Assembly (NCBI GenBank): GCA_020346225.1 | Contig: CP070777.1 | Location: forward strand, 141,599 to 193,322 | Source of the DNA: Candidatus Zixiibacteriota bacterium | GTDB lineage: Bacteria; Zixibacteria; MSB-5A5; GN15; FEB-12 | DNA length: 51,724 nucleotides | Direction: 5' to 3' | Part shown: positions 17,176 through 27,351 of the stretch, piece by piece | Numbering within the stretch: the stretch's first letter is position 1 | How the letters are laid out: every line of letters begins with the position of its first letter | Translations under genes and position numbers: made by a program | The notes under the pieces: model-generated | What the model saw: only the letters and a program-made list of their open reading frames with translations | Databases searched by the model: none | Told to the model about the DNA's origin: nothing

Positions 17176-18600
17176 CTACTTGCCCGGTGATATGTTCTGG
17201 TTTAATCGGAAGAAATTGTCCGGGTCGTACGTCTCTTTTATCTTCCGGAGCCGCCGGTAGTTCGGACCGTAAGCAGCCTGTACCCGTTCCGTCTCGTCCT
17301 CGGTGAGGAAATTGACGTAGACACCGCCGGTTGCGAAGGGGGCGGCGTCTTTGTACAGCTGTCTTGCCCATGCCACGCACTTTTCATCGTTGGAAGGCTT
17401 CTGCCATCGTCCGTGTACGTTCATGACATAATTTGCATCGCGATGCGGATAAGCCGTTTCTTCCGGCATCTTACCGGCCACTTCGCCTCCGAGTTGTCCG
17501 ATAAATATCTCGCACTCGTCGGAAGGCAGCCGGGAGGCATAATCCACCGCCGAGTCAATAACGCCGTCGGCAAGTTCCGAGAAATTGTGCGACTTCCAGT
17601 AGTTCCTGGCCCCCGGCGTCAGGAGCGGGTCGAACGCGGTCTGCCAGGCGGTATAAGGCTGTACGCCAAGATGTTCACCGAGGACTGTCCCGAACCCGCG
17701 CACCGGCTCAATGGCCTTCTCCCCCTCTGTGGCATCACCCACGTGAAAACACGCCAGGACCAGTATATTCTGACCGTGGACCGAAACCGGCAAAAACGGA
17801 AGCGGCGGCGCTTTCCGCAGCACCGTCCAGACGCTGGTATCGTCGCCAAGATTCGGGCCGTATTCGCGATATTTTTTTAATACTGAGGTCGCCTCGTCCA
17901 AAGAAAAGACTACCAGTCCGCTGTATATCTGCGTCCCGATCTCATAGAGCTTGAATTCGAACCGCGTGACAACACCGAAATTACCGCCTCCTCCCTGAGT
18001 GGCCCAGAGGAGATCAGGGTGCTCCCATTCATTGGCCCGTATGAACTGTCCGTCGGCCGTTACCACGTCGGCGGCGCTGAGATTGTCGACGGTCAAGCCG
18101 TACTTTCGGGAGAGCCATCCGAATCCGCCGCCTAACGTAAGACCCGCCACGCCGGTCGTGGAGTTAATACCGAGCGGTGTGGCCATTCCGAACGCCTGGG
18201 TTTCGTGGTCGACATCACCCAGGGTTGCTCCCGGTCCTGCGTGAGCCAGGTGATTCTCGGGCTCGACCCGGACGGAGCGCATCTGCGACAGGTCGATCAC
18301 CATACCGTCGTTGCATATGGCGTTTCCGGCAATGTTGTGTCCCCCCGAGCGAACCGCTGTCAGCAGTTCGTTTTCCCTCGCGAAGTTAACCGCAGCCATG
18401 ACGTCGGCCACGCCGGTACACTTGGCAATCAGCGCCGGCCGGCGGTCGATCATCGCATTCCAGATGGTGCGGGCTTGGTCGTAGCCCGGGTCCGCTGATG
18501 TTAGCAATTCGCCCCGGAAGGAGGCGGAAAGTTTCTCCAGCTTCGAGGTATCAACAGCGACCTGTCCGCCGCTGACAGTAGCGACCTGAATTGAACTCAT
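17176..18600 (-). CDS. FAD-binding oxidoreductase, berberine-bridge-enzyme family
   Basis: RSGGHN covalent-FAD His, GLTLGGGFG, GGGGNFGVVT, YVNF, YDPDNFFRLNQNI. Confidence 0.93.
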   Translation of the reverse strand: MSSIQVATVSGGQVAVDTSKLEKLSASFRGELLTSADPGYDQARTIWNAMIDRRPALIAKCTGVADVMAAVNFARENELLTAVRSGGHNIAGNAICNDGMVIDLSQMRSVRVEPENHLAHAGPGATLGDVDHETQAFGMATPLGINSTTGVAGLTLGGGFGWLSRKYGLTVDNLSAADVVTADGQFIRANEWEHPDLLWATQGGGGNFGVVTRFEFKLYEIGTQIYSGLVVFSLDEATSVLKKYREYGPNLGDDTSVWTVLRKAPPLPFLPVSVHGQNILVLACFHVGDATEGEKAIEPVRGFGTVLGEHLGVQPYTAWQTAFDPLLTPGARNYWKSHNFSELADGVIDSAVDYASRLPSDECEIFIGQLGGEVAGKMPEETAYPHRDANYVMNVHGRWQKPSNDEKCVAWARQLYKDAAPFATGGVYVNFLTEDETERVQAAYGPNYRRLRKIKETYDPDNFFRLNQNISPGK

Positions 18601-18932
18601 TATCTATTCCTTTGTATTTTGATTCTCGGTCGGCGGTTTGCGCGGTACCCTGCGCGCCGGCAGCCTGCCCACCTGAAAACATATACGGTCCGGCGGCGAT
18701 AAGTTTGAGACAAAAATAGATTAAATTCATCCACAAAAGCAGCTGCGGCTGTTGGAAGCGCCCTGATGACTTTGCGCGGCTGTCTGCGAGTTCAAAGTCG
18801 TGTACGACAATGCCCACCCTTGGAGTCCAGGAAACCGGCAGGAACCGCCGGCTCGCCGCTTAACCTACACCTGCACATTCTCTTATGATTACCGCTCTCG
18901 GCTCGCCGTTCAACATCGCTCCTACAGCGTCA

Positions 18933-18968
18933 TTATATTAAACATAATGGTTTTTATGTGAAACATAA
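18933..18968. promoter_or_regulatory. two tandem palindromic operator-like sites
   Basis: TTATaT-taa-ACATAA (18933-18947) and TTATGT-gaa-ACATAA (18954-18968), 21 bp apart, upstream of an XRE regulator. Confidence 0.65.
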
Positions 18969-19015
18969 TGGAACGCTTGTCGTACAAGCGGTCGTGGAGC
19001 AAATTCCAAGGCGAG

Positions 19016-19225
19016 ATGATCCGAGTAAACCTCGACATGGTTCTGGTGAAAAGGAAGATGTCACTGACTGAGCTATCCGGCCGGGTGGGCATCTCCGTTA
19101 CAAATCTCTCTCTGCTCAAAACCGGCAAGGTGAGAGGGATTCGTTTCTCCACGCTGGCGGCAATATGCAGAGAACTGGACTGCCAGCCAGCAGATATTCT
19201 GGAGTACAACCCGGAAGCGGTCTAG
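19016..19225 (+). CDS. XRE/Cro (YozG-like) HTH transcriptional regulator
   Basis: MIRVNLD.LVKRKMSLTELS..VGIS..NLSLLKTGK...IRFSTL..IC..LDCQPADILEY. Confidence 0.92.
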   Translation: MIRVNLDMVLVKRKMSLTELSGRVGISVTNLSLLKTGKVRGIRFSTLAAICRELDCQPADILEYNPEAV

Positions 19226-19283
19226 CCCATAAAGCAAAGGACCTGGTTGGTAACGAACAACAGGATACGGAGATACTTGAAGA

Positions 19284-19886
19284 ATGAATGAAAATCGTTT
19301 TTCGATGGCGGGGTGGGCGTCGATAGTGGCCAGCGTGGTTTTCCCGCTGGCGTTTATAATCGACGGGATCCACCAGGAGGTTCTCGAGTGTAGCGGGGCC
19401 GAGTTCACAGTCGGTATCGGACCGGCCGATCCCCTGTTTCTGCTCTTTGCGGCCCTGTCAATCTATGTGCTGAAGGCTTTCAAGACTCTGCTGTATGAAT
19501 ACTACAGTTTCAGAGAAATCGGGACTATCATCTCGGTCGCCATTTTCTGGCATATTGTATTTTTTGGTGGCTCGTTTCTGCTGGAGCTGATGTACGGCAC
19601 GGTCTGGCCGCAGGGTCATGTGGGTCTGCCGTTGGCCCTGGTGGTCTTCTACGTTACAGGCATAGCCGTTTTCGGGATTATCGATATAATAATTGGAATC
19701 ATCCTGCTACGCCAGAAACGCCGCTTCAGCCTCCCGATACGGGCTTTCGCGTGGCTGAGCATAGCCATGGGATTCTTTGAAGCGACGGTGGTTCTGTCGT
19801 TTCTCGCGCTCTTGCTGGTACCGGTTTCGCTGATCGCACTGGCTTTTGTTTTTCTGCGACGGGTTGACGAGGTAGAATTCGTTTAG
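19284..19886 (+). CDS. hypothetical integral membrane protein (5-6 TM)
   Basis: 200 aa hydrophobic ORF immediately downstream of the XRE gene. Confidence 0.75.
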   Translation: MNENRFSMAGWASIVASVVFPLAFIIDGIHQEVLECSGAEFTVGIGPADPLFLLFAALSIYVLKAFKTLLYEYYSFREIGTIISVAIFWHIVFFGGSFLLELMYGTVWPQGHVGLPLALVVFYVTGIAVFGIIDIIIGIILLRQKRRFSLPIRAFAWLSIAMGFFEATVVLSFLALLLVPVSLIALAFVFLRRVDEVEFV

Positions 19887-20012
19887 CGGCAGCAGCCTTC
19901 GCCACTCGACAACCGCCGACCACGACAGCAAACACGCTTCCCTGTCCGCAGGACAGCAATTCTAATTGTCCGATCGCATCACCCCCGTCAATTGGGTTCA
20001 TGATGAGCAAGC

Positions 20013-20041
20013 TTGACCTCGAAAAGGCGTCAGATTAGTAT
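20013..20041 (+). promoter_or_regulatory. putative sigma70 promoter
   Basis: TTGACC-N17-TAGTAT, 48 nt upstream of the ATG at 20090. Confidence 0.55.
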
Positions 20042-20089
20042 GGGTAGGCCATTCTTGATTTAGCTGATCGGCAAACAGAGGAGATGGTG

Positions 20090-20401
20090 ATGGAAACGAG
20101 AGAGTATCCGAATTTCGCATCTGCCATGAGAGCAGCGCTTGACTGGCTGGCTCAAAACGGAGTCAAGGTCCTTGATGCGCCGTTCAGGAGCAAAATGGGT
20201 ACTTACGGAATGCAGTCGAAAGACAAGAGGTCCTACTATCGGATCGAATTCGATCAACGGAGCGGGGCTCACATAAACGTGCAGGCGAAAGGAAAGAAAG
20301 GGCCCCATTTCGTATTCGACGGCAATGAGAGCGAAGTCCGAAGCAGATGGCGCCAGCTCTTTCTGTGGCATCCTGTTTTCGGCAAGAGCGGTCGAGGCTG
20401 A
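20090..20401 (+). CDS. small basic hypothetical protein resembling a polymorphic-toxin C-terminal domain
   Basis: GAGGAG RBS 6 nt before the ATG at 20090; motif YRIEFDQRSGAHINV...KGPHFVF. Confidence 0.55.
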   Translation: METREYPNFASAMRAALDWLAQNGVKVLDAPFRSKMGTYGMQSKDKRSYYRIEFDQRSGAHINVQAKGKKGPHFVFDGNESEVRSRWRQLFLWHPVFGKSGRG

Positions 20402-20674
20402 TCGGGTGGCCGGGCCGGCCCGATCTCCCCGCCGGCAATGCGCGCGATGCGGCCCTGAACCCGGCTGTGCCGGCATCGGGGTCTCTGCAGAATTTAGTTG
20501 CCAGCGTATCGCCGTGTTGCTATATATGTTGAGGTTCCTGTAGTACGTGACAGTATAGCCGGACATCATTAGGTTCTAACCTGCTGCTCGAACGGTATCA
20601 GATGGTATTGTACACTATTCAATCGAATAGGACTATCCGCAACCTTCACCTTTCATCTTCCCTCAGGAGGAGAT

Positions 20675-23600
20675 ATGCGAAGAGCCTCAATCATCGCACT
20701 CATTCTGGGAATCCTTGTGCCATGCCTTGTCGTGGCGGCTGACGTACTTAACGTCGATCCGGCCAAGTATGTCAGAGAGGAGGGATTCCTGGGATACGTT
20801 CCCGATCGCTTTATAGTAATCCTCAAGAGCAACGTTGATGTCGACCACGCCCGCGACATGCGCAGCCCTATGGCGCTCTCCGATAAGGCGGGGTTTGGCG
20901 AACTGGCCGAGGCATTCGGTGTCAGCCGGGTGAGGCCGCAGTTCCCCGGATCCGATCGCAAGACGGGGGCGGAATCACTTGCCCGCCACTACAAGGTGTA
21001 CCTCGAGTCGGGCGACAACATTGATCGGGCTGTCGCGGCATACGAGGCGCACCCGATGGTCGATCATGTCGAGCGGATCGGTGTGCATCTGCTGCACGCC
21101 ACGCCCAATGACCCGTATTATGATGATCCCCCGCCCACTTTTCCGCATGATCAGTGGCATTACTGGGATACCTACGGCGTCAATGCCGATTCGGCCTGGG
21201 ACACGGAAGCCGGCGACCAGACGGTGGTGGTCGGCGACCTGGATATTGGCATGAAGTACGACCACGGTGACCTGGGCGGCAGCAACCCGCCGGGACCTGA
21301 CGATGCCAGCACCAACGGCAACGTCTGGATCAATACTAACGAAATCCCCGGCAATAGCGTCGATGACGACGGCAACGGTTACGTCGACGATGTACTTGGC
21401 TGGGACTTCGTCGAGCGCACCGACTGGTACTCTTACGAGTGCATTGACCTCGATTGCGGCGGAGCCGACAATGACCCGTGGGACGGAGACGGCCACGGTA
21501 CGCACACCGGCGGAACCATCGCCGCCATTACCAATAACGGCTATGCCGTGGCCGGAGTGGCCGGCGGCTACGGTAATGGGAGTTTTTCCGGCGGTGGCAA
21601 CGGTGTCAAAGTTGTGCCGTGCCGCATCGGATATGTTCTGGATTACTGGATTTACGGTCCCACCGGCGTGGTCATCATGGATTATGTGGCCGAGGCGATG
21701 TACTACATGGCCGACCTCAAAACGTCCGGCTGGAACGTGGCGGCCATCAACTGCTCCTTCGGTAGTTCGAACAGCGGTGGCATAGCGGCCGCGGCCGATT
21801 ACCTGATTGCTCAGGACGTCATCGTCGTCGTTTCGGCCGGCAACAGCAACTCGTCCAGTCCAAGTTATCTTGGTGGCCGCGGTGACTGCCTCGATGTCGG
21901 CGCCACCGATCAGAGCGGCAACCCGGCCAGCTTTTCCAATTACGGCAACTGGGTCGAGATCGCCGCTCCCGGCGTTGAGGTTATGAGCACCATCACCGAC
22001 CCGACGGACCCCGCCAGCGATTATGTCGCCTATATGGACGGCACTTCGATGTCGGCACCGCACGTTACCGGCGTAGTGGCCCTGCTGGAGTCATTCAACC
22101 CTGCCTTATCGGCCGCCGACAAGTTCGACATCATCACTAACGTAAACAATACCAGACCCTACAACCAGACCAAGAATGTCGGCGTTGGCATAGTTGATGC
22201 GCGTAAATGCCTTGATGCCGCCGGTGGCGGATGCGATCTGACGGCCGACTTCTCGGGCAGCCCGACTTCCGGTTGCGTCTCGCTGACAGTCAATTTCACC
22301 GACCAGTCGACCGGCACCGGTATCGACGGCTGGTCGTGGGATTTCGGCGATGGTGTCGGGACCTCGGCAGCACAGAATCCGAGCTACACCTATACCTCGG
22401 CGGGCACCTATACGGTCACGCTGACGGTTTCCAGCAGCTCCCAGGGCTGTGACGATACCAGCGTCAAGACCGGTTATATCACTGTCAACCCGGCGCCGAC
22501 AGCCGCTTTTGTCGGTAACCCCGTTTCGGGCACGGCGCCCCTCACGGTCAATTTCACCGATCAGTCTTCAGGTAATCCAACCTCGTGGAGTTGGGATTTT
22601 GGCGACGGCGTGGGAACATCTGCCGACCGGAATCCGAGCTATACCTATAATAATGAGGGGACCTATACGGTCACTCTGACCGCCGCCAACGCCTGCGGCT
22701 CCGACCAGGAACAGAAGGTCGACTATATTACTGTCAGCCCGTGCGTCGCCCCGACCGCCGATTTTGTCGGCACGCCTACGACCGGATGTGTCCCGCTGAC
22801 CGTTGACTTCACCGACCAGTCGACGGGCAATCCGACTTCGTGGAACTGGGATTTCGGCGACGGCGTGGGCAGCTCAGCCGAGCAGAACCCGTCATACACG
22901 TATAACGGCCCCGGCACCTATACGGTCACCCTGACCGCCGCCAACGCCTGCGGTTCCGACCCCGAGGTGAAAGCCGATTATATTACGGTCAATGATTGCC
23001 CCGCCGCCAAGGCTTATGCCAACGCGGACATCCCGGTGCAGGGCACGGTTGGTGGGACGTTCGTCAACACCCTGTCAAGCGACAACAGCTACGAGTCAAT
23101 TACCGAAATAGAAATAGCGCAGAATAAAGTACAGAAGTACAGCGCTCTGGAACACAAGTGGACGGTCGATGTCGGCGCCGGTGGCGCCGATATGACGTTC
23201 TACGTCGAGGCCTACCGCCCGGATAATTCCGATGGCGATAACTTTGTTTTCGCCTATTCGACTGACGACGCTCTTTACACCGACATGGTGACTGTGGCCA
23301 GCGCATCTGAGCAGGTTTACTCGGCGTCCCTGCCGGCGGGCCTGACGGGTACCGTTTACATCCGCATGCTCGATTCCAACCGCGGTTTCGGTAACGTCTC
23401 GCTTGATGCCGTCTTTATCGATGAGATGTATATGGAGTACGGCGGCGAACCGCCTCCGCCTGAGCCGCCGGTGGCCGATTTTGTCGGCTCGCCCACATCG
23501 GGCAGCCCGCCGCTGACAGTCGACTTCATCGACCTCTCCACCGGCAGTCCTACCTCATGGAGCTGGGACTTCGGCGACGGAGTCGGAACATCGGCAGATC

Positions 23601-24334
23601 AGAACCCGAGCTATACCTACAACTCGGTCGGAAGTTATACCGTTACGCTGACGGCGACCAATGCCTATGGTTCGGATGACGAGGTCAAGACGAACTACAT
23701 TACCGTCGCCGAAGCCGGCAACAACATGCATGTACACGACATGGTGGTCGATCGCATCAAGTATATCGCGCAGTATTACGGAACCTGTACCGTTTACATC
23801 TACGACGACAATCACAATCCGGTCTCCGGCGCCACGGTTTATGTCACGGCTACGGGACCGAGCGGCGGTGATTACAACGGCGTCACGGGTGGCGACGGTT
23901 CGGCATACTTCCAGGTGACGGAAGGCTTCAAGAAGCCATCGGGTGAATGGTGCTTCGAGGTGACCAACGTCACCCATGCCTCCTATACCTATATCGCCGG
24001 TTCCAACGATGTCACTATGGCATGCGAGAGCGGGTCGGTGTTCAAGGACGGTCTGGCCGAGGCGGTACCCGACACCTATGGCCTCGCCCAGAACCATCCC
24101 AACCCGTTCAATCCGAAGACGACCATCTCGTTCGGTCTGCCGGAGCCGGGTCATGTGAGTCTGGAGGTTTACAATATTCGCGGTCGGAAGGTGACTACCC
24201 TCGCCAACGGTGTTTACCCCGCCGGGTATCATCATGTTGAGTGGGATGCTTCAGCCCAGCCTTCGGGAATATATCTGTATCGCCTTACGACCGGAAATTA
24301 CGCTGAGACGAGAAAGATGCTTCTGGTCAAGTGA
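20675..24334 (+). CDS. secreted S8 (subtilisin-like) serine peptidase with four PKD domains and a C-terminal sorting (T9SS-A/FlgD-Ig-like) domain
   Basis: Signal peptide, propeptide, triad DLDIG / GHGTH / GTSMSAP, 4x WDFGDG PKD repeats, QNHPNPFNPKT...RKMLLVK. Confidence 0.93.
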   Translation: MRRASIIALILGILVPCLVVAADVLNVDPAKYVREEGFLGYVPDRFIVILKSNVDVDHARDMRSPMALSDKAGFGELAEAFGVSRVRPQFPGSDRKTGAESLARHYKVYLESGDNIDRAVAAYEAHPMVDHVERIGVHLLHATPNDPYYDDPPPTFPHDQWHYWDTYGVNADSAWDTEAGDQTVVVGDLDIGMKYDHGDLGGSNPPGPDDASTNGNVWINTNEIPGNSVDDDGNGYVDDVLGWDFVERTDWYSYECIDLDCGGADNDPWDGDGHGTHTGGTIAAITNNGYAVAGVAGGYGNGSFSGGGNGVKVVPCRIGYVLDYWIYGPTGVVIMDYVAEAMYYMADLKTSGWNVAAINCSFGSSNSGGIAAAADYLIAQDVIVVVSAGNSNSSSPSYLGGRGDCLDVGATDQSGNPASFSNYGNWVEIAAPGVEVMSTITDPTDPASDYVAYMDGTSMSAPHVTGVVALLESFNPALSAADKFDIITNVNNTRPYNQTKNVGVGIVDARKCLDAAGGGCDLTADFSGSPTSGCVSLTVNFTDQSTGTGIDGWSWDFGDGVGTSAAQNPSYTYTSAGTYTVTLTVSSSSQGCDDTSVKTGYITVNPAPTAAFVGNPVSGTAPLTVNFTDQSSGNPTSWSWDFGDGVGTSADRNPSYTYNNEGTYTVTLTAANACGSDQEQKVDYITVSPCVAPTADFVGTPTTGCVPLTVDFTDQSTGNPTSWNWDFGDGVGSSAEQNPSYTYNGPGTYTVTLTAANACGSDPEVKADYITVNDCPAAKAYANADIPVQGTVGGTFVNTLSSDNSYESITEIEIAQNKVQKYSALEHKWTVDVGAGGADMTFYVEAYRPDNSDGDNFVFAYSTDDALYTDMVTVASASEQVYSASLPAGLTGTVYIRMLDSNRGFGNVSLDAVFIDEMYMEYGGEPPPPEPPVADFVGSPTSGSPPLTVDFIDLSTGSPTSWSWDFGDGVGTSADQNPSYTYNSVGSYTVTLTATNAYGSDDEVKTNYITVAEAGNNMHVHDMVVDRIKYIAQYYGTCTVYIYDDNHNPVSGATVYVTATGPSGGDYNGVTGGDGSAYFQVTEGFKKPSGEWCFEVTNVTHASYTYIAGSNDVTMACESGSVFKDGLAEAVPDTYGLAQNHPNPFNPKTTISFGLPEPGHVSLEVYNIRGRKVTTLANGVYPAGYHHVEWDASAQPSGIYLYRLTTGNYAETRKMLLVK
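22661..22961 (+). repeat. intragenic direct repeat between PKD2 and PKD3 (255-bp period)
   Basis: 22661-22706 and 22916-22961 match at 44 of 46 nt. Confidence 0.8.
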
Positions 24335-24350
24335 CCCGGATTTTTATCGA

Positions 24351-24385
24351 AGAAAAGGGACAGGCGCCGGGCCTGTCCCTTTTCT
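24351..24385. terminator. bidirectional intrinsic terminator
   Basis: Perfect 15-bp inverted repeat AGAAAAGGGACAGGC-gccgg-GCCTGTCCCTTTTCT between convergent genes. Confidence 0.88.
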
Positions 24386-24433
24386 GTTGTTTGCCGGTGA
24401 TCGGAGCCTGCATGCGCGTCCCCAATAGGCGAC

Positions 24434-26740
24434 TCATCCGAGAATGCGCTTGAGGAGCGACCTGGCCGCGCCTTCGTACTTTTTGACCAGCATAACCGTC
24501 GACGGCGAATAACGGGCCACCTTCTCGGGGATTTCGCCAAAGAGCATTTTGCGGAAAAACGGCTCTTTGGCGGCTCCTATGACCACGAGATCATATTCTT
24601 TTCCCGCTCTGGCTATTCCGCCTGAAACACTTTTCGACTGAATAAGCATCTTCTTCGTGTTTTCTGCACTCTTGCCCAGCAGGCTCACGGTGTCGTCAAG
24701 ATGTCTGTTTGCCGTCTCAATCTGCTCTGGCGTCGCCCGCGGGCTCACAATGTGACCGGCAGTAATGGACATCTCCTTCTCGGCGGCGATTGACCCGATA
24801 ATGGAAGCGGCCAGCCGGGCATTCGGCCCGCCCGAGGTCGGTAACAGGCAGGTTTTTAGCTCTTTCGTCGCCGGTTTTTTGATGAGCACCAGGTCGCACG
24901 GCAGATGACGGATCACCTGGTCGGCTACCTCCCCGAAAAGCCGGTCACGGGTATTGGTGAAACCTTTCCAGCCCATTACCAGGACATCCGCCTTGTGTCT
25001 CTCCACCGCTGAAAGGATACCGTCCGCCACCCTGTGCGCTACCACGATCTTCGTATCGAGTTGTTCTTCTCGCCGGGCAGCGATCTTTTTGGCCCGGGCG
25101 AGAAGGGCCTCGCGGTGATGTGCTGTCCGCATACCTTCGTGGATCGGCACCTGCCGGGGCACTTCTACGATACTCACAGCCGCCATCCGCAGACCGCGGG
25201 AGCAAGCGATCGGGTAGGATAGTTCCAGAAGGGCCTCGATGTTGGCGGGATTGTTCAGCGCCACCATGACGCACGGCTCCGGCGTTTCACTTGGCTGTGC
25301 CGGCTCTGGAATCAACACCTGCGGTTTGAGAACGGCGGATTTCTTCTCGAAAACCGCGTAGTAAAGCAGCAGCCCGGCTCCGATCCAGCCCAGGGTGACG
25401 TACCAGGCTACCGGCTGGAACCTGAACTGATACAGCGCCAGCAGTATGTTCAACGCGAAACCAAGGACCGGTATGATTGGATAGAACGGGACTTTGTACT
25501 TTCTCGGTATCTCCGGGTGCTTCCTGCGCAGTACAATTACCGCCAGGTTCACCAGAGCGAACGTCAACAGGAATATCAGACTGGCGGCCGATCCGACCGC
25601 CTCGAGCGGCAGGGTCAAAGCCATACCGATCAGGATCGCCCCGGTGGTCAGTATGGCCACGTGCGGCGTGCGGCGTCGGACATGTATTTTTGAGACGGTC
25701 GACGGGAGCCAGAGATCGCGCCCCATCGAAAAAGCCACCCGGCTGGCCGCCATGACCGTGGCATTGAGGGCCGAGGTGGTCGACAGTAGGCCGCCGAATA
25801 CGATAACGGCTACGCCGGCCGTCGGCATGAAACTCTCGGCCGCTCTGACTATCGCCGTTTCCTTGAATTTGCCCAGAAACTGCCAGGCCGGTTGATCGCC
25901 TGAGTCGATTGCCGCTAGCGATACGAACAGAATCAGCAGGTAGATGGGAACGGTTACCGCCAGTGACAGAAAAGTCGCTCGCGGAATGTTCTTCTGCGGG
26001 TTTTTGACCTCCTCGGCCACCGTGGCAATCAGGTCGTAGCCCTCGAAGGCTATGAAGGTCAGTCCCATGGCGATCAGAACACCGCCCAGCCCTCTGGGGA
26101 AAAACGGCGTAAGGCTGTCTGTGACCCGTTCCGGCTGGTGGAAAATGGCGTAAAGCCCGAAAGCCAGGAAGATGCACAGCACGGTGATCTTGGATAGCGT
26201 CAGGGCGTTCTCCGTCTTGCCCGTTACTTCCGCACCGCGCACATTCAACCAGGTGAAACCGGAACCCACCAGGAAGGTTATCACCAGAACCGCCCGGTAG
26301 CGTCCTATCAGATTGTCAACGCTATCCACCAGCCACGGAAGGTACTGCTGGAAAAGTTCCCAGAAATAGCCGGCGAATCCCAGGGCATAAAGGCTGCAGG
26401 CGACGGTATAGGCAAACCACAGAATCCATCCCGAGACAAACCCGGCCGCACCGGGGAACGCCATCCGTACAAATGAATAACCGCCCCCGGCTCGTGGAAG
26501 GGCCGAGGCCAGCTCGGCGTAGGCGAACGCCGTCAAGAGCGTTACCAGGGCGTTGAGAGCGAAGGCCAAAAGCGATGCCGGTCCCGCTTCACCCGCTGCT
26601 ATCCCCGTAAGAACGAATATCCCGGCCCCGATCATCGCCCCTACGCCGAGCATGGTGGCGTCGAAGAGGCCCAGGTCGCGCGCAAAAGTGACCTGCGCCG
26701 CCGGGTCGTTATGATTTCTCTCTTTCGTGCTCTGGGGCAT
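24434..26740 (-). CDS. APC-family amino acid permease fused to two universal stress protein (USP) domains
   Basis: GAMIGAGIF, YAELASALPRAGGGY, FIAFEGY, EEVKNP; C-terminal VLVMGWKG...FGEVADQV and LVVIGA...FGEIPEKV. Start taken at MPQST (26740). Confidence 0.92.
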   Translation of the reverse strand: MPQSTKERNHNDPAAQVTFARDLGLFDATMLGVGAMIGAGIFVLTGIAAGEAGPASLLAFALNALVTLLTAFAYAELASALPRAGGGYSFVRMAFPGAAGFVSGWILWFAYTVACSLYALGFAGYFWELFQQYLPWLVDSVDNLIGRYRAVLVITFLVGSGFTWLNVRGAEVTGKTENALTLSKITVLCIFLAFGLYAIFHQPERVTDSLTPFFPRGLGGVLIAMGLTFIAFEGYDLIATVAEEVKNPQKNIPRATFLSLAVTVPIYLLILFVSLAAIDSGDQPAWQFLGKFKETAIVRAAESFMPTAGVAVIVFGGLLSTTSALNATVMAASRVAFSMGRDLWLPSTVSKIHVRRRTPHVAILTTGAILIGMALTLPLEAVGSAASLIFLLTFALVNLAVIVLRRKHPEIPRKYKVPFYPIIPVLGFALNILLALYQFRFQPVAWYVTLGWIGAGLLLYYAVFEKKSAVLKPQVLIPEPAQPSETPEPCVMVALNNPANIEALLELSYPIACSRGLRMAAVSIVEVPRQVPIHEGMRTAHHREALLARAKKIAARREEQLDTKIVVAHRVADGILSAVERHKADVLVMGWKGFTNTRDRLFGEVADQVIRHLPCDLVLIKKPATKELKTCLLPTSGGPNARLAASIIGSIAAEKEMSITAGHIVSPRATPEQIETANRHLDDTVSLLGKSAENTKKMLIQSKSVSGGIARAGKEYDLVVIGAAKEPFFRKMLFGEIPEKVARYSPSTVMLVKKYEGAARSLLKRILG

Positions 26741-27351
26741 AGTCAATTTTGTGCCGGTGCTAACGCACTGCGGCCTGTGTTCGGCGATTCCGTTGGAGAA
26801 TTTCGGTACAAAATGGCTGAAAAGCCACCACGAATTTGACTGGTGGGTGAGTCTGGGGGCTTCCGTCCGGAAAAATGCCTGGCTGGCCGGATAGGCACGC
26901 CGAAATCGTATTGCCGCGCAACACCCTGTAATATATGGCGATAACGGTATGGCGAGGTATCGGTCTCGGCGCTTCAGGCTCAGCACGCTGAATTGGGAAT
27001 GAACTCAGCAGAGTGCTCCTGTGCCGAGCGTACACCTGAGCGCGTAGCCCCGCCAGGCCGGGAACGGTTTTTGCTCTAATGGTGGCGGAGAATTGCTGAA
27101 ATCATTCTTGTCAACGGACTTATGGTCTAAATGAAAGGCAAATTGATGACCTTTGCTGGGGATCAGGAACGAAAAATGCAAGGTGTTGCAAATCCGATCG
27201 ACGGTCACTTCAACAGGCATCCCGGATACAGAGAATCTTCCCCTGAGATTGTTCCTTTTTTGACCAGCCGGGTCGACGTCATTGGAGGTAGCTGACATCG
27301 GCGTTTCGCCTCGGCTCTGAAGCGAACTGCCGACCGTATCCGGAGGACCTT

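Noticed and set aside
22230-23720. Repeats as a CRISPR array or mobile element
   Set aside because: They are in-frame PKD domain repeats inside a CDS; no spacer structure and no cas genes.
26741-26986. Long N-terminal extensions given by the ORF track (also 12258-12323, 30239-30334, 42933-43031)
   Set aside because: Downstream starts give proper signal peptides or domain boundaries, mostly with better RBSs; the extensions look like non-coding sequence.
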